DNA of 64,000 bases from Candidatus Dojkabacteria bacterium. GTDB taxonomy: Bacteria > Patescibacteriota > Dojkabacteria > JAOAGR01. Shown piece after piece: positions 1 to 10,439 of this stretch (positions are counted from its first letter, which is position 1; the number at the start of each line of letters is the position of its first letter). Below the pieces are notes generated by a model. That model was not told where the DNA came from. It saw nothing but the letters and a program-made list of their open reading frames with translations, and made no database searches. The stretch is from positions 291,996 to 355,995 of the forward strand of contig AP026679.1 of the NCBI GenBank assembly GCA_025999155.1, in the 5' to 3' direction. A program made the position numbers and the translations under genes.

Positions 1-71
1 CTACCACATAATCACCTCCTTGTTAAAAAGATATGAGATTTTAAAACAAACTCACACAAAAAGTAAAGGGC

Positions 72-1535
72 TTAATCACCTGCATATGATAAATCACACA
101 CAAATGGGACCTCTCTTGATTCATTACAAAAAATTTTCCGTAAGGAAGTAAAGCGAATGATATCCAAATAGGTGATCACAATCATTAAGAAAAGCAATAG
201 AGCAAAACCAGCTAAAGTAAGGTAATTATACCATTTTGTATTTAGTCTTTTACGTGTGATTAACTCCACTAATGTAAAGAGTACATGCCCTCCATCCAGC
301 GCTGGGATAGGAAGCATGTTAATCACAGCTAAATTGATTGAGAACAAAATCATTAATTCTATAATTCCCCAAAAGCCGACTTCTTTTAGAACCCGATCCA
401 AAATTCCAAATAAACCGACAGCACCACTCACATTATCAGCCAGAGGTAGAGCAGATCCTACATTTACAGAGATTTGTAACAACTCACTTATAGCAAAACC
501 AAAATATTGAATATTATTCAACGCCTGTGCGAAACCTGCAAACCATACAGATAAGCCTTTGAATTCTATCAAACTGATAGGGCTAGTTGTGATACCAAAT
601 AAAAACGAGGGCGATAAAGTTGTTGTTAAAATTATACCTAGCGGCCTCTCTTGGTCTCGAACATATATTTCGATTTCTCTTTCATTATTACCACTAGAAT
701 CCAGTACGGTTAGCTTGATATTTTGCCCTCTAAAAGAACTGATGGTTTGTACAAAATTATCAGGCTCATAACTCTTGCCATTGATGTATTTGATAATAGC
801 GCCAGGTTGAACTTTACCCTCTAACACTGAATCTTCGGTAAAACCACTAATAACAATTAAAGGACCACCATTCTGTCCCAATAAGTTAGACGACAATTCG
901 GGGAATTGTATTACGACATTTTTTATATCATCGGAGGCATATCCTACAAAAGTTAAATTGATCTGTTGGCCAGAATATTTAATCGCTTTTTCTGACCAAT
1001 TAGATAAAGAATAATCTTCTCCATTGATTTTCGTCAAAATATCTAATTTATCAATTTTACCAGACAAGGGGGACGATGGTTTAACCTCTTGTACAACTAA
1101 TAAACTTTCACTCTTTTCGCCAAACCATGGCCGATATTCATTCTTAAAATATCCATCCGGTACTCTATATTCAAAACCTAAATTGAAACCCTGTACATAC
1201 AAAAGAATGATGGCAAGGAGCACGTTCATCATGACACCAGCTACTAGTACAAAAAGCCTCTGTAATGGACTTTTGCCCCCGTAACTATCCGAAGCTAGGT
1301 TATCGTAGTCCCCTTCGCCAAACATTTTTACAAATCCTCCAATAGGTAAAAGCCTAATATTGTATTCGGTATCATTCCGACTAAATCCACATACCTTTGG
1401 CCCCATACCTATGGCGAATTCTTCCACCCGAATGCCCACAAGACGTGCAGCCAAGAAATGTCCTAATTCGTGGACAAAAACTAAAACACCAATAACAAAA
1501 ACGAAAACAACTAGAGTTGATAAAAATTCTATCAT
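72..1535 (-). CDS. rseP: RIP (site-2) metalloprotease RseP with PDZ-like domains
   Basis: HELGH zinc motif, LLPIGGFVKM, NMLPIPALDGGH motif; next to frr/tsf/rpsB. Confidence 0.93.
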   Translation of the reverse strand: MIEFLSTLVVFVFVIGVLVFVHELGHFLAARLVGIRVEEFAIGMGPKVCGFSRNDTEYNIRLLPIGGFVKMFGEGDYDNLASDSYGGKSPLQRLFVLVAGVMMNVLLAIILLYVQGFNLGFEYRVPDGYFKNEYRPWFGEKSESLLVVQEVKPSSPLSGKIDKLDILTKINGEDYSLSNWSEKAIKYSGQQINLTFVGYASDDIKNVVIQFPELSSNLLGQNGGPLIVISGFTEDSVLEGKVQPGAIIKYINGKSYEPDNFVQTISSFRGQNIKLTVLDSSGNNEREIEIYVRDQERPLGIILTTTLSPSFLFGITTSPISLIEFKGLSVWFAGFAQALNNIQYFGFAISELLQISVNVGSALPLADNVSGAVGLFGILDRVLKEVGFWGIIELMILFSINLAVINMLPIPALDGGHVLFTLVELITRKRLNTKWYNYLTLAGFALLLFLMIVITYLDIIRFTSLRKIFCNESREVPFVCDLSYAGD

Positions 1536-1581
1536 ATCTGATAACTAGAAAGTATAGTTAAAAACGGTTGAAAAATAAAAT

Positions 1582-2130
1582 TCATATCGTCATGATTTCT
1601 TCTTCCTTGCGCTTTGCTATCGCATCTATCTGCTGATTATACGACTTTACTTCTTTTTCTACTACCTCTTCTGTCCTTCTTAATTGATCTTCGGACCATT
1701 TCTCATCACTAGCACGTTTTTTCAGTTCATTCAAGATATCTTTTCTCAGGTTTCGTATAATAACTTTTGCTTCTTCAGCTTTTTTCCAAACAATCTTTAC
1801 AAGTTCTTTACGCCTCTCCTCCGTCATTGGAGGAATGTACAAACGAATGACAGAACCCTCAACCTGAGGATTTAGCCCTAAATCACTCGTATTTAAAGCA
1901 TGTACTACAGCTTCAATCAAATCTTTATCCCACACAGATATAGTGATTAGTCTAGGTTCTGGAGTTGCTAGAGTAGCCAATTGAATCAAGGGAATCTTAG
2001 ACCCGTATGCCATCACAGGAATATTTTCCACTAGACTTATAGATGCTCTACCTACACGTAAAGTCCTCAAAAAATCTGCGTAGTACGTGATTGCTTTATT
2101 TGCATTGTCTTTTAAATCGTTAAGACTCAT
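1582..2130 (-). CDS. frr: Ribosome recycling factor (likely start 2130, MSLNDLK; the ORF track starts at 2148)
   Basis: LRVGRAS, PEPRLITISVWD, LGLNPQ, IPPMTEERRKELVK motifs. Confidence 0.96.
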   Translation of the reverse strand: MSLNDLKDNANKAITYYADFLRTLRVGRASISLVENIPVMAYGSKIPLIQLATLATPEPRLITISVWDKDLIEAVVHALNTSDLGLNPQVEGSVIRLYIPPMTEERRKELVKIVWKKAEEAKVIIRNLRKDILNELKKRASDEKWSEDQLRRTEEVVEKEVKSYNQQIDAIAKRKEEEIMTI

Positions 2131-2160
2131 AATCTCGAGTATGTACATGATGTGTTAGGA

Positions 2161-2751
2161 TTACTCCCCCACCTCGAATCTGACAAATCGTCTTATCCTG
2201 ATTGCTTCGCCCAATTTTCCACTAACAGATTTAAGCAAATCCTCGATTGTTTGCGTACCATCTTTAAAAAATACTTGTTTCAAAAGGCAGTACTGTGCCG
2301 CATAATTTTTCATCTTTGAATCGATAATATTTGTTTTTACCTGCTCAGGTTTATCTGCAAAATTAGGATCGTTCATGACCTCTCTTTCAAACTCCTGCCT
2401 AATCGATGCAGGAATATCAACTTCATCGATATACAGAGGCGACATAGCACAGACTTGCATGGCTATATCCTTCCCTAACTGATTAAATTCCTCAGTTTTT
2501 GCGACAAAGTCAGTCTCGCAATTTATCTCAACTAAAACGCCAATTTTATTATTTGAGTGTATATAACTCGCTATTATACCTTGTTTAGTCTCCTTATCTG
2601 ATCTCTTTTCTGCCTTTGCCATACCTTTTTTACGTAAGTAAGCTCTAGCTGCCTCTAAATCACTCTTAGCAATAACTAATGCCTCCTTTATATCAGCCAA
2701 ACTAGCACCGGTTTCAGATCTTAATTGTTTTATTAATTCTATATTTGACAT
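2161..2751 (-). CDS. tsf: Elongation factor Ts (short ~196-aa form)
   Basis: IKQLRSETGA, EINCETDFVAK, IRRFVRFEVGE. Confidence 0.97.
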   Translation of the reverse strand: MSNIELIKQLRSETGASLADIKEALVIAKSDLEAARAYLRKKGMAKAEKRSDKETKQGIIASYIHSNNKIGVLVEINCETDFVAKTEEFNQLGKDIAMQVCAMSPLYIDEVDIPASIRQEFEREVMNDPNFADKPEQVKTNIIDSKMKNYAAQYCLLKQVFFKDGTQTIEDLLKSVSGKLGEAIRIRRFVRFEVGE

Positions 2752-2782
2752 AGCTTCATGATAATACGGATTTAAATAAATT

Positions 2783-3682
2783 TTACCCCACTATCTTTTT
2801 GGCCTGCTCGCGAGATACACGAACAACTCTTGGTTGCCCTTTTCCTTGATCGGTACCAGCCGCAAGGTTTCTTAATTTCTTCTGCTCAAGCATCTTAGCC
2901 ATGTTTTGAATAGCTGCCTCTAATTCTGCCTGATCAATCTCCACATATTCTACACCTTTACCACCATTTCCAAGAAGTACTGTATCCCCCAACCTATTTA
3001 AAATCAAATCGATAGAACTAATAGAATCATCATTAGCAGGAATCACATGTGTGATCATATCTGTAGATGAATTCGTATCCACCACAGCAATAACAGGAAT
3101 ATTCATTTTATAAGCTTCACGAATAGCTATCCTAGATTTTTTAGCATCAACTACAATAAGACAGGCAGGCCTTTTATTGAAACTTTTTAACCCTCCATAT
3201 AAACTATCCAAACGTTTAAGCTCGGCAAACATTTTCAATAATTCTTTTTTCGTTCTATTTTCTATGCCCTCTTTAAATGCTCTAATATAATCATTGAGTT
3301 TCTTGATAGATTTTCTTGTCACCATGTAATTTGTGAGTAGTCCTCCAGGCCATCTGTTGATAACAAAGTGCGATTTGGTTCTAATAGCAACATTTTTCAC
3401 AATATCTTGTGCTTGAGGTTTCGTACCTACAAAAATAATTTCGCCTTTGGACGCATAATGATATGCCGCCTCAATAGCCTCATTGAGCTTTCGAATAGTT
3501 TTCACCAGATCTATGATATGGATCCCGTCCCGATGGGCATATATATATTCGCGCATGGAAGGGTGCCATCTTTGAGTTTTATGCCCAAAATGCACGCCAG
3601 CCTTTAACAATAATTCAATAGACTCATCACTCTCTTCGAGTAACGGTAATACCACTTTTTGTTTATTGTTTTCCTCGTTCAT
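2783..3682 (-). CDS. rpsB: 30S ribosomal protein S2 with N- and C-terminal extensions
   Basis: LLKAGVHFGH, RWPGGLLTN, VDTN, PANDDS. Confidence 0.97.
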   Translation of the reverse strand: MNEENNKQKVVLPLLEESDESIELLLKAGVHFGHKTQRWHPSMREYIYAHRDGIHIIDLVKTIRKLNEAIEAAYHYASKGEIIFVGTKPQAQDIVKNVAIRTKSHFVINRWPGGLLTNYMVTRKSIKKLNDYIRAFKEGIENRTKKELLKMFAELKRLDSLYGGLKSFNKRPACLIVVDAKKSRIAIREAYKMNIPVIAVVDTNSSTDMITHVIPANDDSISSIDLILNRLGDTVLLGNGGKGVEYVEIDQAELEAAIQNMAKMLEQKKLRNLAAGTDQGKGQPRVVRVSREQAKKIVG

Positions 3683-3748
3683 AAGTCCTAATTTACAGAC
3701 CTCCCCGGTAAACGCCGCAAAGCAACGCTTAGGACAAAACCGGGTGCT
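3683..3748 (-). promoter_or_regulatory. Putative rpsB (S2) leader RNA
   Basis: GC-rich 5' UTR; CCCGGU/ACCGGG stem followed by GAGG; internal GUCCUAA complementary to UUAGGAC just before the AUG. Confidence 0.5.
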
Positions 3749-3828
3749 AGGTTAGTATATATGCAAACTACATTTGCCTCCGCAATTTTATCACGAGTCT
3801 TATATTTCGCAAACGTTTTTAAAACACT

Positions 3829-4269
3829 CTACTTTTTTTCCCACCAGAAAATGGACAAAGTTGTATGAATCAAAGCTCCTACGGAAGACTGAATCAAAAT
3901 ACTACTCTCAATGTTAAAACCATTAAACGTTATTATAACGATAAAATTAAAAATGTAATTCACCAAATATAACACAAACTTATTGCCACGAAACCTTACA
4001 TACAACAAATAAAAAAAATACAATGAAATAACCAATACAAGGGACGATAATCCGAGTAAACCCTTATTATACCAATCATAGCAAAGACCTGCTAAAACAA
4101 AAATAACTAAAAAACTACTCTCCGATCTAATACTTAGTATGTAGTTCAGCAATAAAGCAGATAAAATTAATAAATTCTTCCAGAATGCCAATTCTCCCAG
4201 ACCCAAATCCAACAAAAATAATCCTATAAATAACGAAAAAATACCAACATGTATATATATTTTACTCAT
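3829..4269 (-). CDS. mreD: MreD-like integral membrane protein
   Basis: Hydrophobic multi-TM protein overlapping the 3' end of mreC; GLCYD motif resembles the MreD G.l.D motif. Confidence 0.6.
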   Translation of the reverse strand: MSKIYIHVGIFSLFIGLFLLDLGLGELAFWKNLLILSALLLNYILSIRSESSFLVIFVLAGLCYDWYNKGLLGLSSLVLVISLYFFYLLYVRFRGNKFVLYLVNYIFNFIVIITFNGFNIESSILIQSSVGALIHTTLSIFWWEKK

Positions 4270-5086
4270 ATCTTAAATAAACCATAGTTATAGATGTTAA
4301 ATCTAATGTTGGTACAATAACGAGCTCTTTAAACCCTGACTCTACATCATCCCGTACAGCCTTTACTTTACCTATTATGAGCCCTGGAGGCACCTCAACC
4401 ACATCATTTGTTGTTACCCAAATATCACCTTTTGGGATATCAACATCCTTTGGGACATTACGAATAAGAATATCACTTGTGTCTCTTTTACTGACAAATC
4501 CCTTGATGGAAGGATTTGAAATACTTTGCACAGGTATACTAAAAGGAATAGCTTTCGAATATAAAGGAGAAACCACAGCAGTGCTGCTTTCCACATCTGT
4601 GATAAAACCGAAAAGTGTCACCCTATCAAGATAAACAGGATCCCACTTCTCCACTATGAAATCGTGTGGTATCAGAATTTTTACCTTTGGGCTTAAGGAA
4701 TATAAATCTTGTATTCCAAAAACATCAACAGCCACCAATTTAGGAGCCGTTGGACTAATAATATTATATTTCTGTGAAATATGTTCGATTTGTTTTTTCA
4801 GTTTTTCGTTCTCAACAAGAATTTGTTCATACTCGGAGATCTGTCTTTTTAATTCTAAATTCTCCCTTGCTAGAAAAGGACGATTCATCAACTCATCCCA
4901 TACTAACTGCACATATATACCATTATTTCTAATCAGAATTACAAAAGGTATCAGGATCTGATCTAATTTAGAGTACAATACGCTATGTAAACCTAAAATA
5001 TCAATCCCAAAAATCATACCTATAACAACAAAAGCAGCTAAATATTTCCTAAAATCCGTTTTTGATTGTATAATTTCCGGATTCAT
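4262..5086 (-). CDS. mreC: Rod shape-determining protein MreC
   Basis: N-terminal TM, coiled coil with ENLELK/ENEKLK, GDIWVT...PPGLIIGKV; follows mreB. Confidence 0.88.
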   Translation of the reverse strand: MNPEIIQSKTDFRKYLAAFVVIGMIFGIDILGLHSVLYSKLDQILIPFVILIRNNGIYVQLVWDELMNRPFLARENLELKRQISEYEQILVENEKLKKQIEHISQKYNIISPTAPKLVAVDVFGIQDLYSLSPKVKILIPHDFIVEKWDPVYLDRVTLFGFITDVESSTAVVSPLYSKAIPFSIPVQSISNPSIKGFVSKRDTSDILIRNVPKDVDIPKGDIWVTTNDVVEVPPGLIIGKVKAVRDDVESGFKELVIVPTLDLTSITMVYLRYE

Positions 5087-5095
5087 CGATGCATT

Positions 5096-6148
5096 TTAGT
5101 AGTTACCATAATTCTGTTTTACTTTGGCAAGTAAATCAATATCTTCAAGCAACATCTGTGTACCTTTGACAACACATTCGATTGGGTTATCTCCTATTAT
5201 AAACTTCATTTTTAGTTTATCCTCAAAAAGATCTTTAATACCTCTAATCAAAGCTCCACCACCAGCAACAACAATCCCATTTACACTCAAGTCGGCAAGT
5301 ATTTCCGGAGGAGCTTCTTCCAATGCATCCGAAATTGCAGAAATAATTTTACTTAAAGAAGGCATGATTGCTTCCCGAACCTCAATCGAAGATATTGATA
5401 AAGTTTTTGGCACACCTTGAATAAGATCACGTCCACTGACTTCCATATTAATTTCCTTTTTGAGCGGGTACGCAGAACCAATTTGTATCTTGATTTCTTC
5501 TGCAGTTCTTTCTCCAATCAGTAAATTATATTTATGACGTATATAGTGTACTATGTCTTGATCCATTTGATCGCCAGCAACAGGAATAGTCTTATCAACA
5601 ACAATACCACCTAAAGAAATAATGGCTATATCTGTAGTACCGCCGCCTATATCTATAATCATCGAACCTTCAGCTTCATTGACTGGTAAACCAGACCCAA
5701 TTGCTGCAGCCATAGGTTCTTCAATCACGAAAACTTCTCTTGCGCCTGCACTTCTAGCAGCATCGTATACAGCTTTGCGTCCAATTTCAGAGGCTGATGA
5801 TGGTACACCAATCACAGTTCGCGGAATCGGAATTTTTATAAATTTATCGGATTTTTGGTAAGCAAGGTTGATAAAGTATTGAATCATATCTCGTGTTGCT
5901 TCAAAATCGGAAATTACTCCGTCTCTCAAAGGTCTTACAGCGACAATATTTGCAGGAGTACGGCCTAACATTTTTTTTGCAGGAGTACCTACAGCAAGAA
6001 TTTCCTTTGTATTTTTATTAATTGCAACAACAGATGGTTCGGTAGCAATTAGACCTACACCAGCAATAGCCACCTTTGTATTAGCAGTGCCAAGATCAAT
6101 ACCAATATCATCAGTCACTAACCGCCACAAATCATTTATTATATTCAT
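5096..6148 (-). CDS. mreB: Rod shape-determining protein MreB
   Basis: DIGIDLGTANT, EEPMAAAIG, DIGGGTTD, AGGGALI. Confidence 0.97.
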   Translation of the reverse strand: MNIINDLWRLVTDDIGIDLGTANTKVAIAGVGLIATEPSVVAINKNTKEILAVGTPAKKMLGRTPANIVAVRPLRDGVISDFEATRDMIQYFINLAYQKSDKFIKIPIPRTVIGVPSSASEIGRKAVYDAARSAGAREVFVIEEPMAAAIGSGLPVNEAEGSMIIDIGGGTTDIAIISLGGIVVDKTIPVAGDQMDQDIVHYIRHKYNLLIGERTAEEIKIQIGSAYPLKKEINMEVSGRDLIQGVPKTLSISSIEVREAIMPSLSKIISAISDALEEAPPEILADLSVNGIVVAGGGALIRGIKDLFEDKLKMKFIIGDNPIECVVKGTQMLLEDIDLLAKVKQNYGNY

Positions 6149-6230
6149 ATCTAGAAGTATAACACTTTAGATGATCTATAGAATCAGAGATGGTGAAAAC
6201 AGATTGACCAAAAGTACGGCTCGCCAAACT

Positions 6231-6503
6231 TTATTCAACTGGTATGGGCCTCACGAGTTCGATTTTACCCATATTATTTCTAAAGTAAGTTTTATACTCT
6301 TTCATCGTCATTTTAATCTTACCAAAAGGAGTCTTTACTGTACGAAGATTTAACCTCTGTACTTTGAGCTTTTTTACTCCATGTAATCCATGTGGACCTC
6401 TAGGAGCAAAAGCACGTGTCCCGGATCGCGACTTACCCGACTTATGTCGACCCGACCTCTGAATATTAGATTTTTTACCACTTATATCACTAACTCTAGC
6501 CAT
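6231..6503 (-). CDS. rpmB: 50S ribosomal protein bL28 (Cys-free form)
   Basis: MARVSDISGKK start, very basic, K.QRLNLR motif. Confidence 0.75.
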   Translation of the reverse strand: MARVSDISGKKSNIQRSGRHKSGKSRSGTRAFAPRGPHGLHGVKKLKVQRLNLRTVKTPFGKIKMTMKEYKTYFRNNMGKIELVRPIPVE

Positions 6504-6617
6504 AAAAGTACAACAAAATGTTAAACGCTACCAATGATAATACAAAATTACAATTTGTGCAAAAACTTTATAATTTTGAGTTGATTACAAATTTTAAAAA
6601 ATATAACCTTTAGACGT

Positions 6618-7850
6618 ATGAAGATATATTTAGACACCGTAAATGAATTTAAATCTCTGCATATACAAAAAGATACTCCACTTGCATTGGTTTTGTTTCT
6701 TGTGAAAGTTGGTACTCGTTACGAAACTTCTGATGTATCTGGGATTGCACATTTTATAGAGCACATGATGTTTAAACAAACTCAGAAACGTTCTACATCC
6801 GATATAGCAATTGAAATTGAATCTTTAGGCAGCCAAACAAACGCATTTACATCCCATCAATATACCGGTTTTTTTATAAAAATGCTTGGTACAAAATTTG
6901 ACGAATCTTTTGAGATTCTAGCGGATATCTTTCAAAACGGTAAGTTCGATAAGAATGATTTAGATATAGAACGTGGTAATATAATCGAAGAAATCAAACT
7001 CACACAAGATACCCCATCAGATCTAGTATGGGATTATGCGCAATCTAATATTTTCCCTAATAATACATTAGGGTGGCCTATTTTAGGTACTGAAGACTCT
7101 GTAAACAAGATTAATCAAGGTGATATTTTAAAATTTTTAGAACAGAAATATCTACAAGATGATATTCTGATAGTGTCTGTTGGTGATTTTGATCATGATA
7201 GAGTAAAAGACAACATCACAAAACACCTACGTCCTCGTAAACCAGGCCGATTAGAATTTGAGCCAGCCGAATTCAAACCAAAATCTAAGATTAATTTTCA
7301 TCACAAAGAATCATGTAATCAGGCGCATGTAGTGATTTCTTTTCCAGGAGTGAAAGATACCGATGAGGATTTTTTTAAATATGAAATTTTAGCCGAAATT
7401 CTTGGTGGTGGTATGGGATCGATTTTATTTTTATTGCTAAGAGAACAACTAGGAGTAGCTTATTATGTAGGTGCATTGCATCCAAGTTATCAAGATGTTG
7501 GAACTTTGCAAATTTATTTCGGAACAAATACAGATAAAACCTCCATGGTAATACAGGAAGTCTTCAAAACTTTAGAAGATATTAAAACCAAAGGAGTATC
7601 TAAACGAGATTTAGAACGCGCCCAAAATTATTATTTCTCGCAAATTACCATGGCCCAAGAGAACATTTTATTCTTAGGACGCCACTACGGTCTAGATTAT
7701 CTACTACATGGCAAAATAGATACTATCGAAGACATAAAGCGGAAAATTTATTCAATTACCGAAGACGATATCAAAAATTTAGCTAAAAAGGTGTTTAGTG
7801 ATCATTTCAACATCACATATATTGCGAATTCAGATTTAATCAAGATTTAA
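6618..7850 (+). CDS. M16 family zinc peptidase (pitrilysin-like)
   Basis: GIAHFIEHMMFK (HxxEH), NAFTS, ILGGGMGS. Confidence 0.93.
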   Translation: MKIYLDTVNEFKSLHIQKDTPLALVLFLVKVGTRYETSDVSGIAHFIEHMMFKQTQKRSTSDIAIEIESLGSQTNAFTSHQYTGFFIKMLGTKFDESFEILADIFQNGKFDKNDLDIERGNIIEEIKLTQDTPSDLVWDYAQSNIFPNNTLGWPILGTEDSVNKINQGDILKFLEQKYLQDDILIVSVGDFDHDRVKDNITKHLRPRKPGRLEFEPAEFKPKSKINFHHKESCNQAHVVISFPGVKDTDEDFFKYEILAEILGGGMGSILFLLLREQLGVAYYVGALHPSYQDVGTLQIYFGTNTDKTSMVIQEVFKTLEDIKTKGVSKRDLERAQNYYFSQITMAQENILFLGRHYGLDYLLHGKIDTIEDIKRKIYSITEDDIKNLAKKVFSDHFNITYIANSDLIKI

Positions 7851-7885
7851 GATAAGATATGAGAATTTTATAACGTATTTACGTT

Positions 7886-8395
7886 TTACTGGAAACTAAA
7901 AAACAAATCTTGATTGAATATTTCTCTGGGTAGAAAGCCAGCTTGAGTCTCTAAAACATACTGAACTGGTACATCAGCCGAATAAGTAGGACAAACAGCG
8001 TCTATCTCTCCACAAGGTTGCGCGTTTGCTGCAACATGGACAAATTTTTTATTTGCATCAAAAAATATAATGTCGAGTGGAATGTACGTGTTTTTCATCC
8101 AAAAACTTTGATTAGCCTCGTACGGAAATACAAATAGCATTCCATCAATATTTTCTAAATTACGCCTAAACATAAGACCTTGAGATCTTTCATGTACTTC
8201 GTCTGCTATTTCTACATTAAGAATACGAATAAAATTAGTATTCTGATGCTGAATAATTATTTTAGTACTACTAGAATAGTTAGTAGAAGAATTAAAACCT
8301 ACAGACTCGTTTATCAAATAAATCACACTCAAACACACAAAAATTGATATAATCAGAAAAAGGTGAATTATTTTGAAAATTAGTTTATTATTCAT
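7886..8395 (-). CDS. DUF192 family protein with N-terminal TM anchor
   Basis: VEIAD...RSQGLMFR...GMLFVF...FWMKNTYIPLDIIF...YVLE. Confidence 0.92.
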   Translation of the reverse strand: MNNKLIFKIIHLFLIISIFVCLSVIYLINESVGFNSSTNYSSSTKIIIQHQNTNFIRILNVEIADEVHERSQGLMFRRNLENIDGMLFVFPYEANQSFWMKNTYIPLDIIFFDANKKFVHVAANAQPCGEIDAVCPTYSADVPVQYVLETQAGFLPREIFNQDLFFSFQ

Positions 8396-8524
8396 ATGTT
8401 CAAATTATTCATATGTTCAAATTTTACTTCATTATTTAAACAATTAAAAAACTCTTAAAGACAGGAATTATCAATCAGTGTGAAATATTGACTTTTAAAT
8501 CGATATTTTATATAACGAATTGTT

Positions 8525-9043
8525 ATGGGTTTATTTAGAAACAATCCTGGAGATCAAAATCCTATTGAAATAAGGTTTCATGATGCTGTAAAAGAAATAA
8601 TGGGCAAACCGTCTCCTGGTTTTGAATGGGGACGATTTGATATACCGGTTCCAGGCGCCAAATTTTCTATACACGCTCACTTACTAGTACCAGTAACCAA
8701 TAAAACCCTTGAGCTAGTAACAGCAGGGTCTACTCTGATGGCTCTGCTAACGAACGAAGATATATCAAACATTGTGGAAACAAAAACAAACCTTCTGATC
8801 CCATCACGCAAATGTATAAAAGTACGATTGGGGGATGCAAATGGGATAATAGTCAACCTTCCATCAAAGTTATGGGTAAAATATCTTCCAGGATATGCTT
8901 TGTTTGCTGAAATAAACCCTACGCCTGGTAACCAAAACCTGATAGCCCCTCTTATTGTAAGGCCTATGAATGAAAATAAGCCGTTTATGGGTATGTATCC
9001 TTATACTTGGAGCAAGGGGTTTCCGAGACTTTTCCGTCGTTAA
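8525..9043 (+). CDS. Hypothetical protein
   Basis: 172-aa ORF with ATG preceded by TTGACT...TATAAC; no recognisable motif. Confidence 0.65.
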   Translation: MGLFRNNPGDQNPIEIRFHDAVKEIMGKPSPGFEWGRFDIPVPGAKFSIHAHLLVPVTNKTLELVTAGSTLMALLTNEDISNIVETKTNLLIPSRKCIKVRLGDANGIIVNLPSKLWVKYLPGYALFAEINPTPGNQNLIAPLIVRPMNENKPFMGMYPYTWSKGFPRLFRR

Positions 9044-9163
9044 AATTGATCCGGAGGAGACCGAACGATGTGCCTGATATCGTGTGAATTCTAATTATCT
9101 CTAACACCAAATAACTCCCGATCTGCGTCATCAGTGCCCGGTGTACTTTTTTAATCTACATGC

Positions 9164-9465
9164 TTATCGGTATACCATCTCTGCTACAACAAATCGAAAT
9201 ACAAACAGCATACCATCGGTATTTACTAGATCTTGTCAGAACATAAGACCTTGAGATTTTTCGTGTGCCTCATCAGCTGTTTCGAAATTTAAATCCACAG
9301 AATAGTTATTATTTTTGTGAAGACTTTTCGCATCATGTGACTCATTTTTATCAGAAGAAAAATCAAATTTTAGCGACTTATATGAAATACCAACACGGTA
9401 AAACATACAATAACTACAAGGATCAATAGTATATACAAAGAGTTTATAAAGATTTTAGTCTTCAT
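9164..9465 (-). pseudogene. Degenerate second copy of the DUF192 gene
   Basis: Translates to MKTKIFINSLYILLILVVIVCFTVLVFHISR* then, after a frameshift, ETADEAHEKSQGLMF*QDLVNTDGMLFVF, matching 7886-8395 (EIADEVHERSQGLMFRRNLENIDGMLFVF). Confidence 0.85.
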
Positions 9466-9564
9466 GTACATTGTATTTTATAGAAATATTAGTTTCAAAA
9501 CATAGTCCTAAATGAAGCCCACATATATTTCTAATTCAAAAAAATGATATAATACCGCACACGT

Positions 9565-10021
9565 ATGATAAGAACCGACACACCGGTAGGTTGCGAGGAC
9601 CCAGATGACGTAAAAAAAAATAGGTAAAATACAAAGTTTGTTTGCTAAAGTCGTGGAAATGACGAAACAAGACTATAGAGGTCGTCTATCATGGTTTTGT
9701 CGTCAGTATGAGAACGGCAGTTCTTTATACATACCGATAAAAACGGACCTTAATAATATCACTCTTGGATCAAGTTCATTAGGGTATATTTTAGTAGGCG
9801 TCAATTACAAAATGCCTACAACATTTAGGCAAATAAAATCTGAATATGTCGACGACGAATCTCTCTTTACACATTTGAATCATTCTTCTATTCAAGTTAA
9901 AACAGGCGAAAGTTTATATTTAGAATTCAAACAGGGAAAGTATCAGTCCCTTCTAGCTTCACTGTCTATCGAACACCTTCAAAAGGAGGTGAAAAGGAGT
10001 ATATTTATACAAGTAATCTAG
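9565..10021 (+). pseudogene. Hypothetical protein frameshifted at an A9 tract
   Basis: ATG 9565 (MIRTDTPVGCEDPDDVKK) joins ORF 9638-10021 in frame if the A9 run at 9612-9620 were A8. Confidence 0.55.
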
Positions 10022-10439
10022 AAGTACTAAAGGTACCTATTTTTAGAAGAATTGAACCTAGATTTAATTGGCTCATGAGAGATCCTAAAGATCCTTTAGC
10101 CTATGGTTTAGGCACGGTTGTGTACACTCTCCAAGGAAAGTAGAAAAATTTAAGTTTTGACTCTGACAGCTAAAGTACTGCTAAAAACAAAGATAACAAA
10201 GTGTCAACTACTGTTGCGAATACCTCCAATGATAAGTCGCATGTAAATAGAAGAAACACAGACAAGACACAATGCTCACAATATACATCTGTTGATCCTC
10301 TCTACAGCTCTACATACAACACTATATTTACAAGCCTTTCTACTTATTCAATAAACGTTTAATAAACTCAGCTGATGTTATATTTCACTATTCTTTCGTC
10401 TTGATACAATTCAATTAAATCGTACAGGTACGATTATTG

